From a virus (lineage: Duplodnaviria > Heunggongvirae > Uroviricota > Caudoviricetes), in the IMG/VR virus record IMGVR_UViG_3300018493_000089, positions 1 to 64,000 of that record: 64,000 nt of DNA; one strand, 5' to 3'. Positions 11,939 through 21,380 of the stretch are shown here, one piece after another. Positions within the stretch are counted from its first letter, which is position 1. Each line of letters opens with the position of its first letter. Made by a program: the position numbers and the translations under genes. The notes under the pieces are model-generated. The model made no database searches and was not told the DNA's origin. It saw nothing but the letters and a program-made list of their open reading frames with translations.

Positions 11939-12304
11939 ATGGATAAGCAGGAAAGAATAACCCAGTTAAAACAAGAAATACGTGAAAAAGAAAAAGAATT
12001 ACATAAACTCGAAAAAGAGATTAATACAGAATTTTTACCTCAATTCGTAGGAAAGTATTTCAAAAGTAAAAATGATTTTTATTACTTAAAAGTATGTGAA
12101 TATGATGAAGAGTTAAATTTGCTAAAAGGTTGGGGAATAACGATAGATAAAGACTGGAATAAAAACAATTTATACACAGCAGAATATTTATCATTTATGC
12201 ATTACCATCTTTTTGACGACAAAACTGAAATCAGCGAAAAAGATTTCGGTGTTGTTTTAAATATATACATCAATTCAATTAAAACAAGTATAGAAAAGGG
12301 GTGA
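11939..12304 (+). CDS. hypothetical coiled-coil protein
   Basis: ORF of 121 aa. Confidence 0.5.
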   Translation: MDKQERITQLKQEIREKEKELHKLEKEINTEFLPQFVGKYFKSKNDFYYLKVCEYDEELNLLKGWGITIDKDWNKNNLYTAEYLSFMHYHLFDDKTEISEKDFGVVLNIYINSIKTSIEKG

Positions 12305-12308
12305 AAAT

Positions 12309-12506
12309 ATGGTTACGTTTTTAGGATTCATGGCTATCGCTAGTGGCATTGTTTTGAGGGCATAGCTCACAATCGATCATCATTGTTCTGACAGAGACAA
12401 ACTAGAACTTAAAGACATTGCAGGTTATATGGTAATCGCAGGTGTCGCTATCATCTTAATTAATACATGGATTGCAAAGCCAGTGATAATTTGGTTGGGA
12501 GGTTAA
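12309..12506 (+). CDS. small two-TM membrane protein (1 in-frame TAG)
   Basis: RBS GGGGTGA. Two hydrophobic helices. Confidence 0.35.
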
Positions 12507-12507
12507 T

Positions 12508-12672
12508 ATGAACCCGGTAGTTATTTTAATAGTTATATTAGTTGCTATTGTTATTTGGCTCTGTTTATCCAAAAAGTTTGTTTGGATTGGGGATAAATTA
12601 TATAACATGTTTAGCGACACAAGAGATATTTTGAGCGAAGAGTTTGATAAAGAAAAGGAGAACAAAAAATGA
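12508..12672 (+). CDS. small single-TM membrane protein
   Basis: RBS GGAGG precedes the ATG (TAAtATG). N-terminal TM VVILIVILVAIVIWL. Stop overlaps the next ATG. Confidence 0.35.
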   Translation: MNPVVILIVILVAIVIWLCLSKKFVWIGDKLYNMFSDTRDILSEEFDKEKENKK

Positions 12673-13580
12673 TGTATGATTACGAAGCGTATGAAAAAGA
12701 AAGAGAAGAAAAACGAAAAAAAGTCAAAAAAGGTCTGATTGGTGGCGGTGTTGTTGCATTTGTTTTACTGATCGGTATTGGTTGTGCCGCTGCATGTATC
12801 GAAAAAATTCCAAACGGCTATTGTGGTGTTCAGTACTCCATGAACGGTGGTATTAAAGATGAAGTTCTAACACAGGGTTGGCATTTCGTATCTCCTTTTG
12901 TGCATGTTAAAGAATTTACAGTTGCCAATGAACAGCTGGTAATGTCTAAGGATGCGAGAGATGGCAGTGAATCTGATGATAGCTTTAATGTGGCAACAGC
13001 AGACGACGCAAGCATTGCAATCAGCTTCAGAATGGAATATGCATTTATTCAGGATGAACTTCCTGATACATTCAAGAGATACCGTGGCATGAGTGGTGAA
13101 GATATTGTTAATAACCGTGTAAGAGGTATTCTGAAATCTAAAATTTCTGAAGTAACAACTAACTATACAATGATGGATATTTACTCCGGCAATCGTAGTG
13201 AAATCAACAGAAAAATTCTGAATCATCTGAACGAAGAATTTAAAGATACATATGGTATTACAGTAATCAATGCAGATATTATTGATGTACATCCAGATGC
13301 ACAGCTACAGCAGACAATTGATAATCGTGTAAAAGCACTGCAGCAGAAACAAGAGGCTCAGGCTAAACAAGAAACAGCAAAAGTAGAAGCCGAAACAGAA
13401 CTGATCAAAGCTAAGAATGCGGCTGATATTGAAATCACAAAAGCAAAGGCTGAAGCAGAAGCCAACAGAGTTATCTCTGAAAGTATTACACAGGGTCTGA
13501 TTGATATGAAAAATGCAGAAGCAAGAATGCAGCATGGCTGGGTAACAATTAAGGGCGCAAATACTGTTGTAACAAAATAA
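12669..13580 (+). CDS. SPFH / band-7 (prohibitin/HflK-like) membrane protein with C-terminal coiled coil
   Basis: N-terminal TM, band-7 core YCGVQYSMNGGIKDEVLTQGWHFVSPF, then an Ala/Lys/Glu-rich coiled coil. Confidence 0.7.
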   Translation: MMYDYEAYEKEREEKRKKVKKGLIGGGVVAFVLLIGIGCAAACIEKIPNGYCGVQYSMNGGIKDEVLTQGWHFVSPFVHVKEFTVANEQLVMSKDARDGSESDDSFNVATADDASIAISFRMEYAFIQDELPDTFKRYRGMSGEDIVNNRVRGILKSKISEVTTNYTMMDIYSGNRSEINRKILNHLNEEFKDTYGITVINADIIDVHPDAQLQQTIDNRVKALQQKQEAQAKQETAKVEAETELIKAKNAADIEITKAKAEAEANRVISESITQGLIDMKNAEARMQHGWVTIKGANTVVTK

Positions 13581-13592
13581 ATTGGAACGAAT

Positions 13593-13616
13593 GGGCGGGG
13601 TTCATTCTCCGCCCTA
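13593..13616 (+). terminator. GC hairpin GGGCGG-ggttcattct-CCGCCC immediately after SPFH gene
   Basis: 6-bp GC stem in an AT-rich context. The T-tract is imperfect. Confidence 0.35.
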
Positions 13617-13629
13617 TTGGAGAAGTAGT

Positions 13630-13911
13630 ATGAAAAAAGAAGATTTTGAATTTATCAAACTGGATGAAAAATATAAAGACTATTGGTTCAAGGTAAAAGA
13701 TAGATCTGTGTCTGAGGCAGTTTTAACTGAACGATATATGGAGCAATCTATGGTTTGTGTATCTGAGGTTGTTTATTCTGTTCACGATGATGTTTTAGGT
13801 GTAAAGCAGCTATTTCCATTTAGCTTTTATGTATTACCAGTGCAAGATGAAGAATTGAAAAAAATAATTTTTTCTTTAATTGATGATATTAAAAAGGAAG
13901 AAGTGAAATAA
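13630..13911 (+). CDS. hypothetical protein
   Basis: RBS GGAG precedes ATG 13630. About 93 aa. Confidence 0.45.
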   Translation: MKKEDFEFIKLDEKYKDYWFKVKDRSVSEAVLTERYMEQSMVCVSEVVYSVHDDVLGVKQLFPFSFYVLPVQDEELKKIIFSLIDDIKKEEVK

Positions 13912-14826
13912 ATGCAATTTTGTAGCAAAGAAGATATTAAAGATTATATTGAAACAAGAAAAGCAGATATCAAAAAATCCGTTCAAAAAAATACCAGCAT
14001 GGGATTTGATGTTCCCACACTGGCGATTATTCAAGTCGGTAGCAATCCTGCATCTAACAAATATGTAAATGGCAAAATTAAGGATTGCGAAGAAGTTGGA
14101 ATGAAAGCTGTATTACATAAATTTAATGAAGACATTGAACCTGTAGATTTTGGAACAGAGATTATTAAAATCATGCATGATGAAATGATTCATGGTGTAA
14201 TTATCCAGAAACCACTGCCCGAAAAATTAGAAAAATATTTTGATAAGTTTGTAAAAATGATTCCAAAGAAAAAGGATGTCGATGGATTTAGAAAAGATAC
14301 TGAGTTCGATCCTTGTACTCCTAAAGGAGTGGTGGATTATATTGAAAGCAGACAGGGTAAAGACTGGCTGACAGGTAAAGATGTTGTCATTATCAATCGT
14401 ACAGAATTGGTTGGTAGGCCACTTGCAAAAATGATGTTGGATAGAAATGCGACAGTTACTGTTTGTCATAGTAAAACAGAGCGTCTGCGGAATCATTGCC
14501 AGTATGCAGACATTGTTGTGAGTGCTATTGGCAAACCTAAAATTTTAATTAGAGACTATGTTAAGCATGACAGTGTATGTTTTGATGTAGGAATTAGTTT
14601 TGATGAAAACGGAAAAATGTGTGGCGATTTTGACAGAGATAACGTAATGAAAATAACAGATTATTGCACACCTGTTCCTGGCGGCGTCGGTTTACTGACA
14701 AGAATTGCTCTTGTAGAAAATGTATTAAAAGCATATGAAAATCAGAAGTATAGAGCAAGTATGATTCCTAATGCAGAAAAGGATGAAAACAATGTGGGGA
14801 ATTACAAGTCTTATGAGAGAAAATAA
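13912..14826 (+). CDS. folD: bifunctional methylene-THF dehydrogenase / methenyl-THF cyclohydrolase FolD
   Basis: Motifs [36 protein letters not shown] and [10 protein letters not shown]. Confidence 0.85.
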   Translation: MQFCSKEDIKDYIETRKADIKKSVQKNTSMGFDVPTLAIIQVGSNPASNKYVNGKIKDCEEVGMKAVLHKFNEDIEPVDFGTEIIKIMHDEMIHGVIIQKPLPEKLEKYFDKFVKMIPKKKDVDGFRKDTEFDPCTPKGVVDYIESRQGKDWLTGKDVVIINRTELVGRPLAKMMLDRNATVTVCHSKTERLRNHCQYADIVVSAIGKPKILIRDYVKHDSVCFDVGISFDENGKMCGDFDRDNVMKITDYCTPVPGGVGLLTRIALVENVLKAYENQKYRASMIPNAEKDENNVGNYKSYERK

Positions 14827-15514
14827 TCACACTGGAGCCAACGAAATTGATACATATATTTCAGAAGTAAATAGTCAGGATAACTTTATTGCTGAAGTTA
14901 ATTCTTTGCCGATGCCGGAAAGTTATCCTCACGAAAATGATAGATTTTACATTCCAGAAGAATATAAAAATATGACTAGCAAACAATTAAAAAATGCTAA
15001 AAAAGCATGGGAAAATTATTTTAAAGAAAGAGAAAAAATGAGGGAATCATTATTTGGAGAAGGAGCAACTACCATGAATAAAAAAGAAATTAAAATTAAA
15101 TATTTTACAGATGAAATCGAAAAGCTTCGCTATATTGATGGAAAATCTGATTGGATTGATCTTAGAGCAGCAGAAGATGTTTCAATTAGTGCTGGTGAAT
15201 TTAAACTAATCCCTCTTGGTGTGGCAATGCAATTACCAGAAGGTTACGAAGCACATATTGTTCCTCGTAGTTCTACATTTAAAAATTTTGGCGTGATTCA
15301 GACAAATCACATGGGCGTTGTTGATGAAACATATTGCGGCGATAATGATCAGTGGTTTATGCCTGTATATGCGGCGAGAGATACTGTAATTAAAACAAAC
15401 GACAGGGTTTGCCAGTTTAGAATTGTAGAACATCAGCCAGCGATTGATTTTATTGAAGTTGAAGAGCTGGGAAATGATGACAGAGGCGGTCATGGCAGTA
15501 CAGGCAAGCAGTAA
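14792..15514 (+). CDS. dut: dUTPase with ~95-aa N-terminal extension (canonical core also startable at ATG 15075)
   Basis: dUTPase motifs [16 protein letters not shown] and [10 protein letters not shown]. There is no stop between the 14792 ATG and the core. An internal RBS AAGGAG precedes the ATG at 15075. Confidence 0.65.
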   Translation: MWGITSLMRENNHTGANEIDTYISEVNSQDNFIAEVNSLPMPESYPHENDRFYIPEEYKNMTSKQLKNAKKAWENYFKEREKMRESLFGEGATTMNKKEIKIKYFTDEIEKLRYIDGKSDWIDLRAAEDVSISAGEFKLIPLGVAMQLPEGYEAHIVPRSSTFKNFGVIQTNHMGVVDETYCGDNDQWFMPVYAARDTVIKTNDRVCQFRIVEHQPAIDFIEVEELGNDDRGGHGSTGKQ

Positions 15515-15526
15515 GAGGTGATATTG

Positions 15527-15820
15527 TTGATTAAAAGAGCATATGCAAGACATCTTGCTGATAAATATAATTAGAATATAGAGAGTCTGATTATCGAAGC
15601 AGCAAACATGGGTAAATATGAAATTGAGTATATTGTACCAATTCCTTCTGATAAACCTTGGTGTAAGTATGACTATCAAGATAAGGCATATCAATTAGCA
15701 CACAATATTGAAAAAAATGGATATCAAGTTGAAGTGAGATGTGAAGAAATCGCCGCAACAAATACAATCGGTAAAAGTGTATACACATCCATATCATATA
15801 TTTTAAAAATTAAATGGTGA
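15527..15820 (+). CDS. hypothetical protein (TTG start, 1 in-frame TAG)
   Basis: SD AAGAGG sits 8 nt before TTG. The frame is open through the TAG at 15572. Confidence 0.35.
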
Positions 15821-15824
15821 TATT

Positions 15825-15959
15825 ATGAAAAAAGAATAGCCGGAAAAAGAAACATTAATAGAAGAATTCTTGCGTGTAAATAATATTACAACTCAGGAAG
15901 ACTTGGAAGAATAGATCAAAAACCATAAAACTATAAATATAGCTTTGTTTACCAAATAA
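15825..15959 (+). CDS. small hypothetical ORF (2 in-frame TAG)
   Basis: 44 codons that end just before the terminator. Confidence 0.2.
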
Positions 15960-15966
15960 ATAAAAA

Positions 15967-15998
15967 GAGTGGCTATTTTTAGGTAGCCACTTTTTTTT
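15967..15998 (+). terminator. rho-independent terminator closing the plus-strand module
   Basis: AGTGGCTA-ttttt-TAGCCACT followed by TTTTTTTT. Confidence 0.7.
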
Positions 15999-16053
15999 AT
16001 GCAAAAAATATGTTATTATAAATGATAAATGTTTTTTTAGATAAGGAGTGAGT

Positions 16054-16215
16054 TATGTTAAATAATAAAGATATGAACGAGCTAGAAAGACAGCGTTATT
16101 ATATGAATATCGTTAAAGAGAAAGTGGCTCAAAAAAGTCGAGAACTTGGTAGACCACTTTTCATGACAGTTAAAACCTTCGGCTGTCAGATGAACAATAC
16201 TAACATGATATTGTA
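16054..16215 (+). pseudogene. phage-borne 5' fragment (53 codons) of a miaB-like methylthiotransferase gene; probable attP-associated reconstituting gene start
   Basis: RBS AAGGAG; translation ends ...RPLFMTVKTFGCQMNNTNMIL*. FGCQMN is the MiaB N-terminal cluster signature, but the ORF stops after 53 aa and abuts the recombinase 3' end. Confidence 0.55.
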
Positions 16216-16245
16216 AACCTTGATATATCAACGATATAAGAAGTT
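16190..16245. other. candidate attP core (contains perfect palindrome TTGATATATCAA)
   Basis: Placed between the miaB fragment and the integrase 3' end. Palindrome at about 16219-16230. Confidence 0.25.
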
Positions 16246-17883
16246 CTGTGTTAAGCCATTCTTAAATTTAATTGCCAAAACTGTGCTGTTATCACCCACA
16301 GAAACATAATCAATAACATTATTGAAGAAATCTTGTAGTTGTTTTTCATCAACATTCACGGCTAATTCTTGATAGGAAATTTCTTTTCCTCTGCCGAGTT
16401 CCCAGTCGATGATACATCTATCAAGTAATTTATTGTCAACCAGTGGAAGCATTGCATCTTTATTCTGATTTGCTGCATGTATCTGCTGGTTGATTTCATT
16501 TAATTCAGCAGTTAATTTTGTTCTTTTTTCGAGATAATCTCTTTCAGGCATACTGTCATCAGAAAACAGATATAAATCATCCAACCTTTTTAAAGCTCTC
16601 TCGATTTTTTCTTGACGCTGTTTAAATACTTCTGTGTCAGAATATTCAGTATTATGACTGACTGTGATAAGTTTATTCGGCTTGTAACCACATTTTAAAA
16701 CTTCTTTTATATCCTCGATACTCTGTTGACTGATATATGCAACATCTTTGAAGGCTTTACCAGATAGTAATCTTTCTTCTAAGTTAGTAAAGTCTTTACT
16801 GTTTTGAATGGTAATCATATTACTCATATAATTTAAAATGAAATTACCAAGATATGTATCCGTGATAGCGCCTTTACTCATACAGGTATTACCGTGCATT
16901 CTGTTAGAGCATCTATAAGAAGAAGGGTGGTATCCATTTTTTCTTTTAGTATCTTTGTGTGCAGATGTGCCTCCGCCACATAATCCACATTTTAATAAAC
17001 CGCTAAAAGAATGTGTATGACCGCCCACAATTCTTCGTCTGCATGGTTCAGCTCTTTTTTGAAGAATTGCATTCACTTTATCAAACTGTTCTTGTGAAAT
17101 AATTGCTTCATGATTATTTGGTACAATGACCCATTCTTCTTCTGGTCTAATCTTACCTCTACCACTTTCTTGGTAGTTGTATCTTAGTGTACCAATGTAG
17201 AAGGGGTTTCTTAGCGTCTGTGTGATGGATTTAGCATACCAGTTACCATTTCTCTTGGTTGGAATCTTTCGTTCATTTAAGAGCCTTGCAATGCGTAATA
17301 CGGATGGTTCTCTTTCGTATTCATCAAAAATCATTTGTACAATCTTCTTTTCATCTTCATCAACAACTGGATACATGCTTTCTGGATCAAATTTGTATCC
17401 TAATGGAGCCGCTGTGCCATTCCATTTACCTTCTTTGGCTCGTGAAATCATTGTTGCTCTTACTCTGACTGCAGTCATTTCTCGTTCCAACTGAGCAAAT
17501 GTCATGATGATATTCAACATTGCTCGACCCATAGGTGTGTCTGTCTGAAAATTATCAGTCTTACTTACAAACTGAATATCTAAATCTTCAAACTCATCCC
17601 ACATTTTTGCGAAGTCACCAATGTTTCTAGAAATTCTATCTAGTTTCCAAACTACAACATGAGAAAATTCTTTATTTCTCAACCTTTGCATCATACTCTG
17701 AAAAGCGGGACGATCTGTATTCTTAGCAGAATACCCAGCATCTTCAAAAATTTCATAATCTTTGACACCAAGAACAATCTCACAATAATTGATTAAATCT
17801 TTTTTCTGCATTGGAAGTGAATCTTTATCTGCTTGATAAATTGTACTTACTCGTACATAGATTGCTGCTTTACTGTTTTTAAT
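16228..17883 (-). CDS. large serine recombinase (phage integrase), no canonical start codon; probable ATT initiation
   Basis: N-terminus AAIYVRVSTIYQ with the catalytic Ser. Resolvase core, recombinase domain, zinc ribbon CGLCGGGTSAHK...YRC and a coiled coil. The reading frame opens after a TGA. It contains SD AAAGGAGG followed by ATT ATT ATT and has no ATG/GTG/TTG before the catalytic Ser. No TAG. Confidence 0.8.
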   Translation of the reverse strand: MKNSKAAIYVRVSTIYQADKDSLPMQKKDLINYCEIVLGVKDYEIFEDAGYSAKNTDRPAFQSMMQRLRNKEFSHVVVWKLDRISRNIGDFAKMWDEFEDLDIQFVSKTDNFQTDTPMGRAMLNIIMTFAQLEREMTAVRVRATMISRAKEGKWNGTAAPLGYKFDPESMYPVVDEDEKKIVQMIFDEYEREPSVLRIARLLNERKIPTKRNGNWYAKSITQTLRNPFYIGTLRYNYQESGRGKIRPEEEWVIVPNNHEAIISQEQFDKVNAILQKRAEPCRRRIVGGHTHSFSGLLKCGLCGGGTSAHKDTKRKNGYHPSSYRCSNRMHGNTCMSKGAITDTYLGNFILNYMSNMITIQNSKDFTNLEERLLSGKAFKDVAYISQQSIEDIKEVLKCGYKPNKLITVSHNTEYSDTEVFKQRQEKIERALKRLDDLYLFSDDSMPERDYLEKRTKLTAELNEINQQIHAANQNKDAMLPLVDNKLLDRCIIDWELGRGKEISYQELAVNVDEKQLQDFFNNVIDYVSVGDNSTVLAIKFKNGLTQNFLYR

Positions 17884-18116
17884 AATAATACCTCCTTTTA
17901 ATCGTCAGCAAACAACATACCTTTTGCATTAATAAAAGCACTCCTTATACTTTCATTGTAACAAGATGGTGTTTTGCTGTATAGTACAAAATTTTTTGAT
18001 AATAACATATTTTTTGCATAAAAAGTTTCTATAATGTAAATAAATATCCATATATTACCGCTTGTAAATTTAAGGAAGCCATACTACACTTATATTAAGA
18101 GAAAGGGGAGAGAATA

Positions 18117-18341
18117 ATGGCTAGAAGACCTAAAGAATACAAAACGACTGAACAAAAAATTATGGATGTAGTAAATGAAATTCAGATAACTGAAGAACAT
18201 TTAACTGAATTAAAAAATCAGAAAAAATTATTAGAAAGAGATTTAGAACAAGAAAAAATTGATGTACTATTAATGTCAATTAAAAATAAAAATATTTCTA
18301 TTGACAAAGCAAAAGAAATTATTGATAATATGCAAGAGTAA
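18117..18341 (+). CDS. hypothetical coiled-coil protein
   Basis: RBS AAAGGGGAG; 74 aa. Confidence 0.45.
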   Translation: MARRPKEYKTTEQKIMDVVNEIQITEEHLTELKNQKKLLERDLEQEKIDVLLMSIKNKNISIDKAKEIIDNMQE

Positions 18342-18377
18342 CATCCACAGTTATTCCATCTTTCTAAATCCAAGAAT

Positions 18378-18403
18378 TGCCCGCTATTTGCGGGCTTTTC
18401 TAT
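18378..18403 (+). terminator. rho-independent terminator (GCCCGC-tattt-GCGGGC TTTTC); a convergent minus-strand hairpin follows at ~18410-18450
   Basis: GC stem followed by a T-tract. Confidence 0.6.
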
Positions 18404-18453
18404 TTGTAAAAAAATAGGGAGGCATAGATAATGCACTCCCTAAATTCTTTATA

Positions 18454-19176
18454 TTATTTCTTTTTATCTAAAATAGGTGTACCACCTTTATTAGAAATAT
18501 TGTAACCGAATATTGCACCAATGTCTCTGGTTTTAATATATGTATAACCATCTTTATTAATCATTTCGACAGTATACTCTTCGCCATCAACAATAATATT
18601 TTCTCTTACAATCACTTCATCGTCCTCCTTATATTTTTCAGGAATTTCAATTTCCCAGTAATATTTTTGCTGTTTTATGAAGCGATCCCAAGGCATTTTA
18701 GAACAAATTTCTTTTTTATTATAAGGATCGTTAATAAGAACATTGTCACCATCCATTGCATAACAAAGAATATAATGTCCAGAAGATGTAAAATCGCCTT
18801 TTCCAGCAACTGCAATAATCCAATTGCCATTCTCTAACGATTTTCTAACTTCTTTGTGAACAGATGCGTTTGGTTTATTATAACAGTTAGCACTGTTCAT
18901 CATTCTACATTTTATTCCATACTCAGCCATCTGTGGTTTGAAATAAGCGTAGTATGTACCTTGTTTTAATGCTTTATATCCATGTGATTTAGACCATTCA
19001 GCAGTATCGATAGGTGTTACTGTTTTGCCGGTTATTGAAGAAATAACCATAGCAGAACAAGTAATCCCACATCCTTCTGCTTTAATGGTTGTCTGTTCTC
19101 CTTTGGTAGAGTAATCATGGTTTGCCCATTTTGGATCTGTCTGATAATACATCACAGGTCTGCCTAATTTATTCAT
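18454..19176 (-). CDS. endolysin, peptidase C39-like/CHAP-type cysteine amidase with C-terminal wall-binding domain
   Basis: RBS GGAGGTGA and motif YYQTDPKWANHDYS...GCGITCSAMV. No TAG. Confidence 0.65.
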   Translation of the reverse strand: MNKLGRPVMYYQTDPKWANHDYSTKGEQTTIKAEGCGITCSAMVISSITGKTVTPIDTAEWSKSHGYKALKQGTYYAYFKPQMAEYGIKCRMMNSANCYNKPNASVHKEVRKSLENGNWIIAVAGKGDFTSSGHYILCYAMDGDNVLINDPYNKKEICSKMPWDRFIKQQKYYWEIEIPEKYKEDDEVIVRENIIVDGEEYTVEMINKDGYTYIKTRDIGAIFGYNISNKGGTPILDKKK

Positions 19177-19191
19177 TGGTTTCACCTCCAA

Positions 19192-19226
19192 ACAATAAAA
19201 AAAGAACAGGGGGGTTAACCCTGTTC
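19192..19226 (-). terminator. terminator after holin (GAACAGGG-gggttaa-CCCTGTTC + T-run on minus strand)
   Basis: 8-bp stem followed by a T-tract on the minus strand. Confidence 0.5.
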
Positions 19227-19540
19227 AATAATGTCTGTTTTTAACTCGGCATCTGTATTAGAAATATCAATACGAAGTTCTGTGACAGCACGTTTAATAT
19301 AAGCTTTAACTTCTTTTTCATCAAAAGTGATTTTATATTTATTCAGAAATTCCACCATTGCATCCCAAACCTACTGTGCTTTATCTTCTATTTCGCCAGT
19401 GATATGTAACTCATTCGCTGCAGAAACCAGTGTTTTTGCAACTTTTAAAATTACTGTTCCTTTCAGCATAGGAATCCAATATTTCTTACTAAAGAATACA
19501 ATACAAATAATTAATAATTCAAAAATCCATGTAATATCCA
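19214..19540 (-). CDS. holin (LL-H-like: N-terminal TM then VAKTLVSAANE...IEQG) with 1 in-frame TAG
   Basis: RBS AAGGAGG sits 8 nt before ATG 19540. TAG at 19370-19372. Confidence 0.5.
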
Positions 19541-19559
19541 TTTTCGATGCCTCCTTATA

Positions 19560-19901
19560 TTAGAAATTAGGGTAATCATTACTTACTTCTGCCATCTCTT
19601 CGTAAATAAAATCGTCACCATATTTCTTTTTCATTTCATTGATATTCTTCAGTCTTTCCATTTCAATATCCACTCTATCTTTCTGTTTACATCTAAAAGC
19701 ATAGCACATTAATGCAATTGCACCTAAAATACAAACATATTTAATGAGATCAGGAAGGGCAGAGTAGTCTCCAGATTCTGTCATTGCTCTCGTACACCAA
19801 TGAATAAACCAAGCGACACCAATCATTACTCCGCCAACTAAAACTTTAGAATACTCTTTTTTTCTTTTTGGTTTAACTGCAGTAGTTTTTTTGGTAGCCA
19901 T
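19560..19901 (-). CDS. two-TM membrane protein (second holin/antiholin candidate)
   Basis: SD GAGGTGGTGA. TM helices VLVGGVMIGVAWFI and ILGAIALMCYAF. Confidence 0.4.
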   Translation of the reverse strand: MATKKTTAVKPKRKKEYSKVLVGGVMIGVAWFIHWCTRAMTESGDYSALPDLIKYVCILGAIALMCYAFRCKQKDRVDIEMERLKNINEMKKKYGDDFIYEEMAEVSNDYPNF

Positions 19902-19912
19902 GTTTCACCACC

Positions 19913-20491
19913 TCATTCTTCAAATTCATCAACTACAGACCATGTATAAATTTCTGGCTGAACAATGTTTTGAACAAAACTATTGCCATTGACCGCAAAC
20001 TATTCTTCAACCAATCCTTCCAAAGCATCCAGCTCCATAGCTGTAATCTTTTTAGTTTTATGATGCAAACGATATGCTCTCATTATTTTATCTTTTAATT
20101 CTGCACGAATTCTTTTTTGATTGCGTTCTTCACTTTCTGCAAAACGCTGGTCTGTTTTTCTTTGATTTTCTTGCATCATCCTAGACAATTCTGTAAGCTG
20201 TGTGGCTAATTGAGTATTAGCATCAATAAGTTGTTTTTGAATTTCAAATGATTGCTCACGGTCATGTTTACGATTATCTTCATATGCACAAATTCTGTCA
20301 TGATCCGATAACAACATATTCAGTAACTCATCTTTCCGTTTTCTCGTCTGATACCAAGAATCCCAAAGACCTTTGATATCTTTTCTGTTTGATAAAAACC
20401 ACCCAATCACAACTCCTAAAATAATCAAACTAACAAGAAGAGTAGAAGAGGGGATTCTATCTATATAATCAATTAATTCGGTAAGTGTCAT
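19913..20491 (-). CDS. N-terminally anchored coiled-coil membrane protein (lysis-associated); terminal TAG at 20000 read through to TGA 19913
   Basis: TM LLVSLIILGVVIGWFL. If TAG is sense, a 29-aa extension ends in the next gene's RBS. Confidence 0.35.
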
Positions 20492-20556
20492 TTTCTCACC
20501 GCCTTTTCCTCCGAAAGTGTTGCAATCATATAAAGCCTCGCTTTCTACAAAATTAC

Positions 20557-21378
20557 TTATTGTTTTCTAAGCTTATCTCGAATCTTTTTTTCAGAATCAT
20601 ATATGTTAATATAATGTGTGCCAAGAATTTTAGGGATACGATTTATTTGAGAAATCAGTTCTTCTAATTCAGCGATATCCAGACTACATTTATGATCTGT
20701 ACCTTCCATAGTTTTGTCTAATGTAATATGTCTTTCAATAATATCTGCACCTTTAATAACAGAAATCAGAGTAGGCAGCGTATCAATTTCATGACCGCTA
20801 TATCCAATTGCTAAAGTGGGGTACATGTTTTTTAATCTTGTAATAACATTTAAATCCAACTCATCGTCAGCACATGGGTAAGTACTATTACAATGTAAAA
20901 TACCAAGTAAATTATCTAAGTTATATATTGCATTTAAAACTTCTGGTTCAGTGCTCATCCCATCAGAAATAATAACAGGAATACCCCAATCATTAATGGC
21001 ATGGATTAATTCCATGTCTGTAATACATGCACTTGGAATCTTGATAAAAGGTATATCATAACTATATTGCTTCATAAATTCAACACTATTTACATCCCAT
21101 ACACTAACAGTCCACTTAATACCAATTTTTTGACAAAACTGATTAATAATATCGTATTCTGTTTTACCAAATTCAATTGACTTTTTATATTCAAGATAAG
21201 TCATTTCTTCACCTTTCCAGATGCGTTTAACATTTTTTTGATGTTCAGGAACACAAAAGTCTGGATCACGCTTCTGAAACTTTACAACATCAACACCACA
21301 TCGTTTTGCTTCTTGAATTAACTGTAGTGCTGTGTATAATTCTCCGTTATGATTAATTCCAATTTCTCCAATAAACAT
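20557..21378 (-). CDS. NeuB-family nonulosonic acid (sialic/pseudaminic/legionaminic acid) synthase
   Basis: MFIGEIGINHNGELYTALQLIQEAKRCGVDVVKFQ is the canonical NeuB N-terminus. No TAG. Confidence 0.8.
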   Translation of the reverse strand: MFIGEIGINHNGELYTALQLIQEAKRCGVDVVKFQKRDPDFCVPEHQKNVKRIWKGEEMTYLEYKKSIEFGKTEYDIINQFCQKIGIKWTVSVWDVNSVEFMKQYSYDIPFIKIPSACITDMELIHAINDWGIPVIISDGMSTEPEVLNAIYNLDNLLGILHCNSTYPCADDELDLNVITRLKNMYPTLAIGYSGHEIDTLPTLISVIKGADIIERHITLDKTMEGTDHKCSLDIAELEELISQINRIPKILGTHYINIYDSEKKIRDKLRKQ

Positions 21379-21380
21379 AT

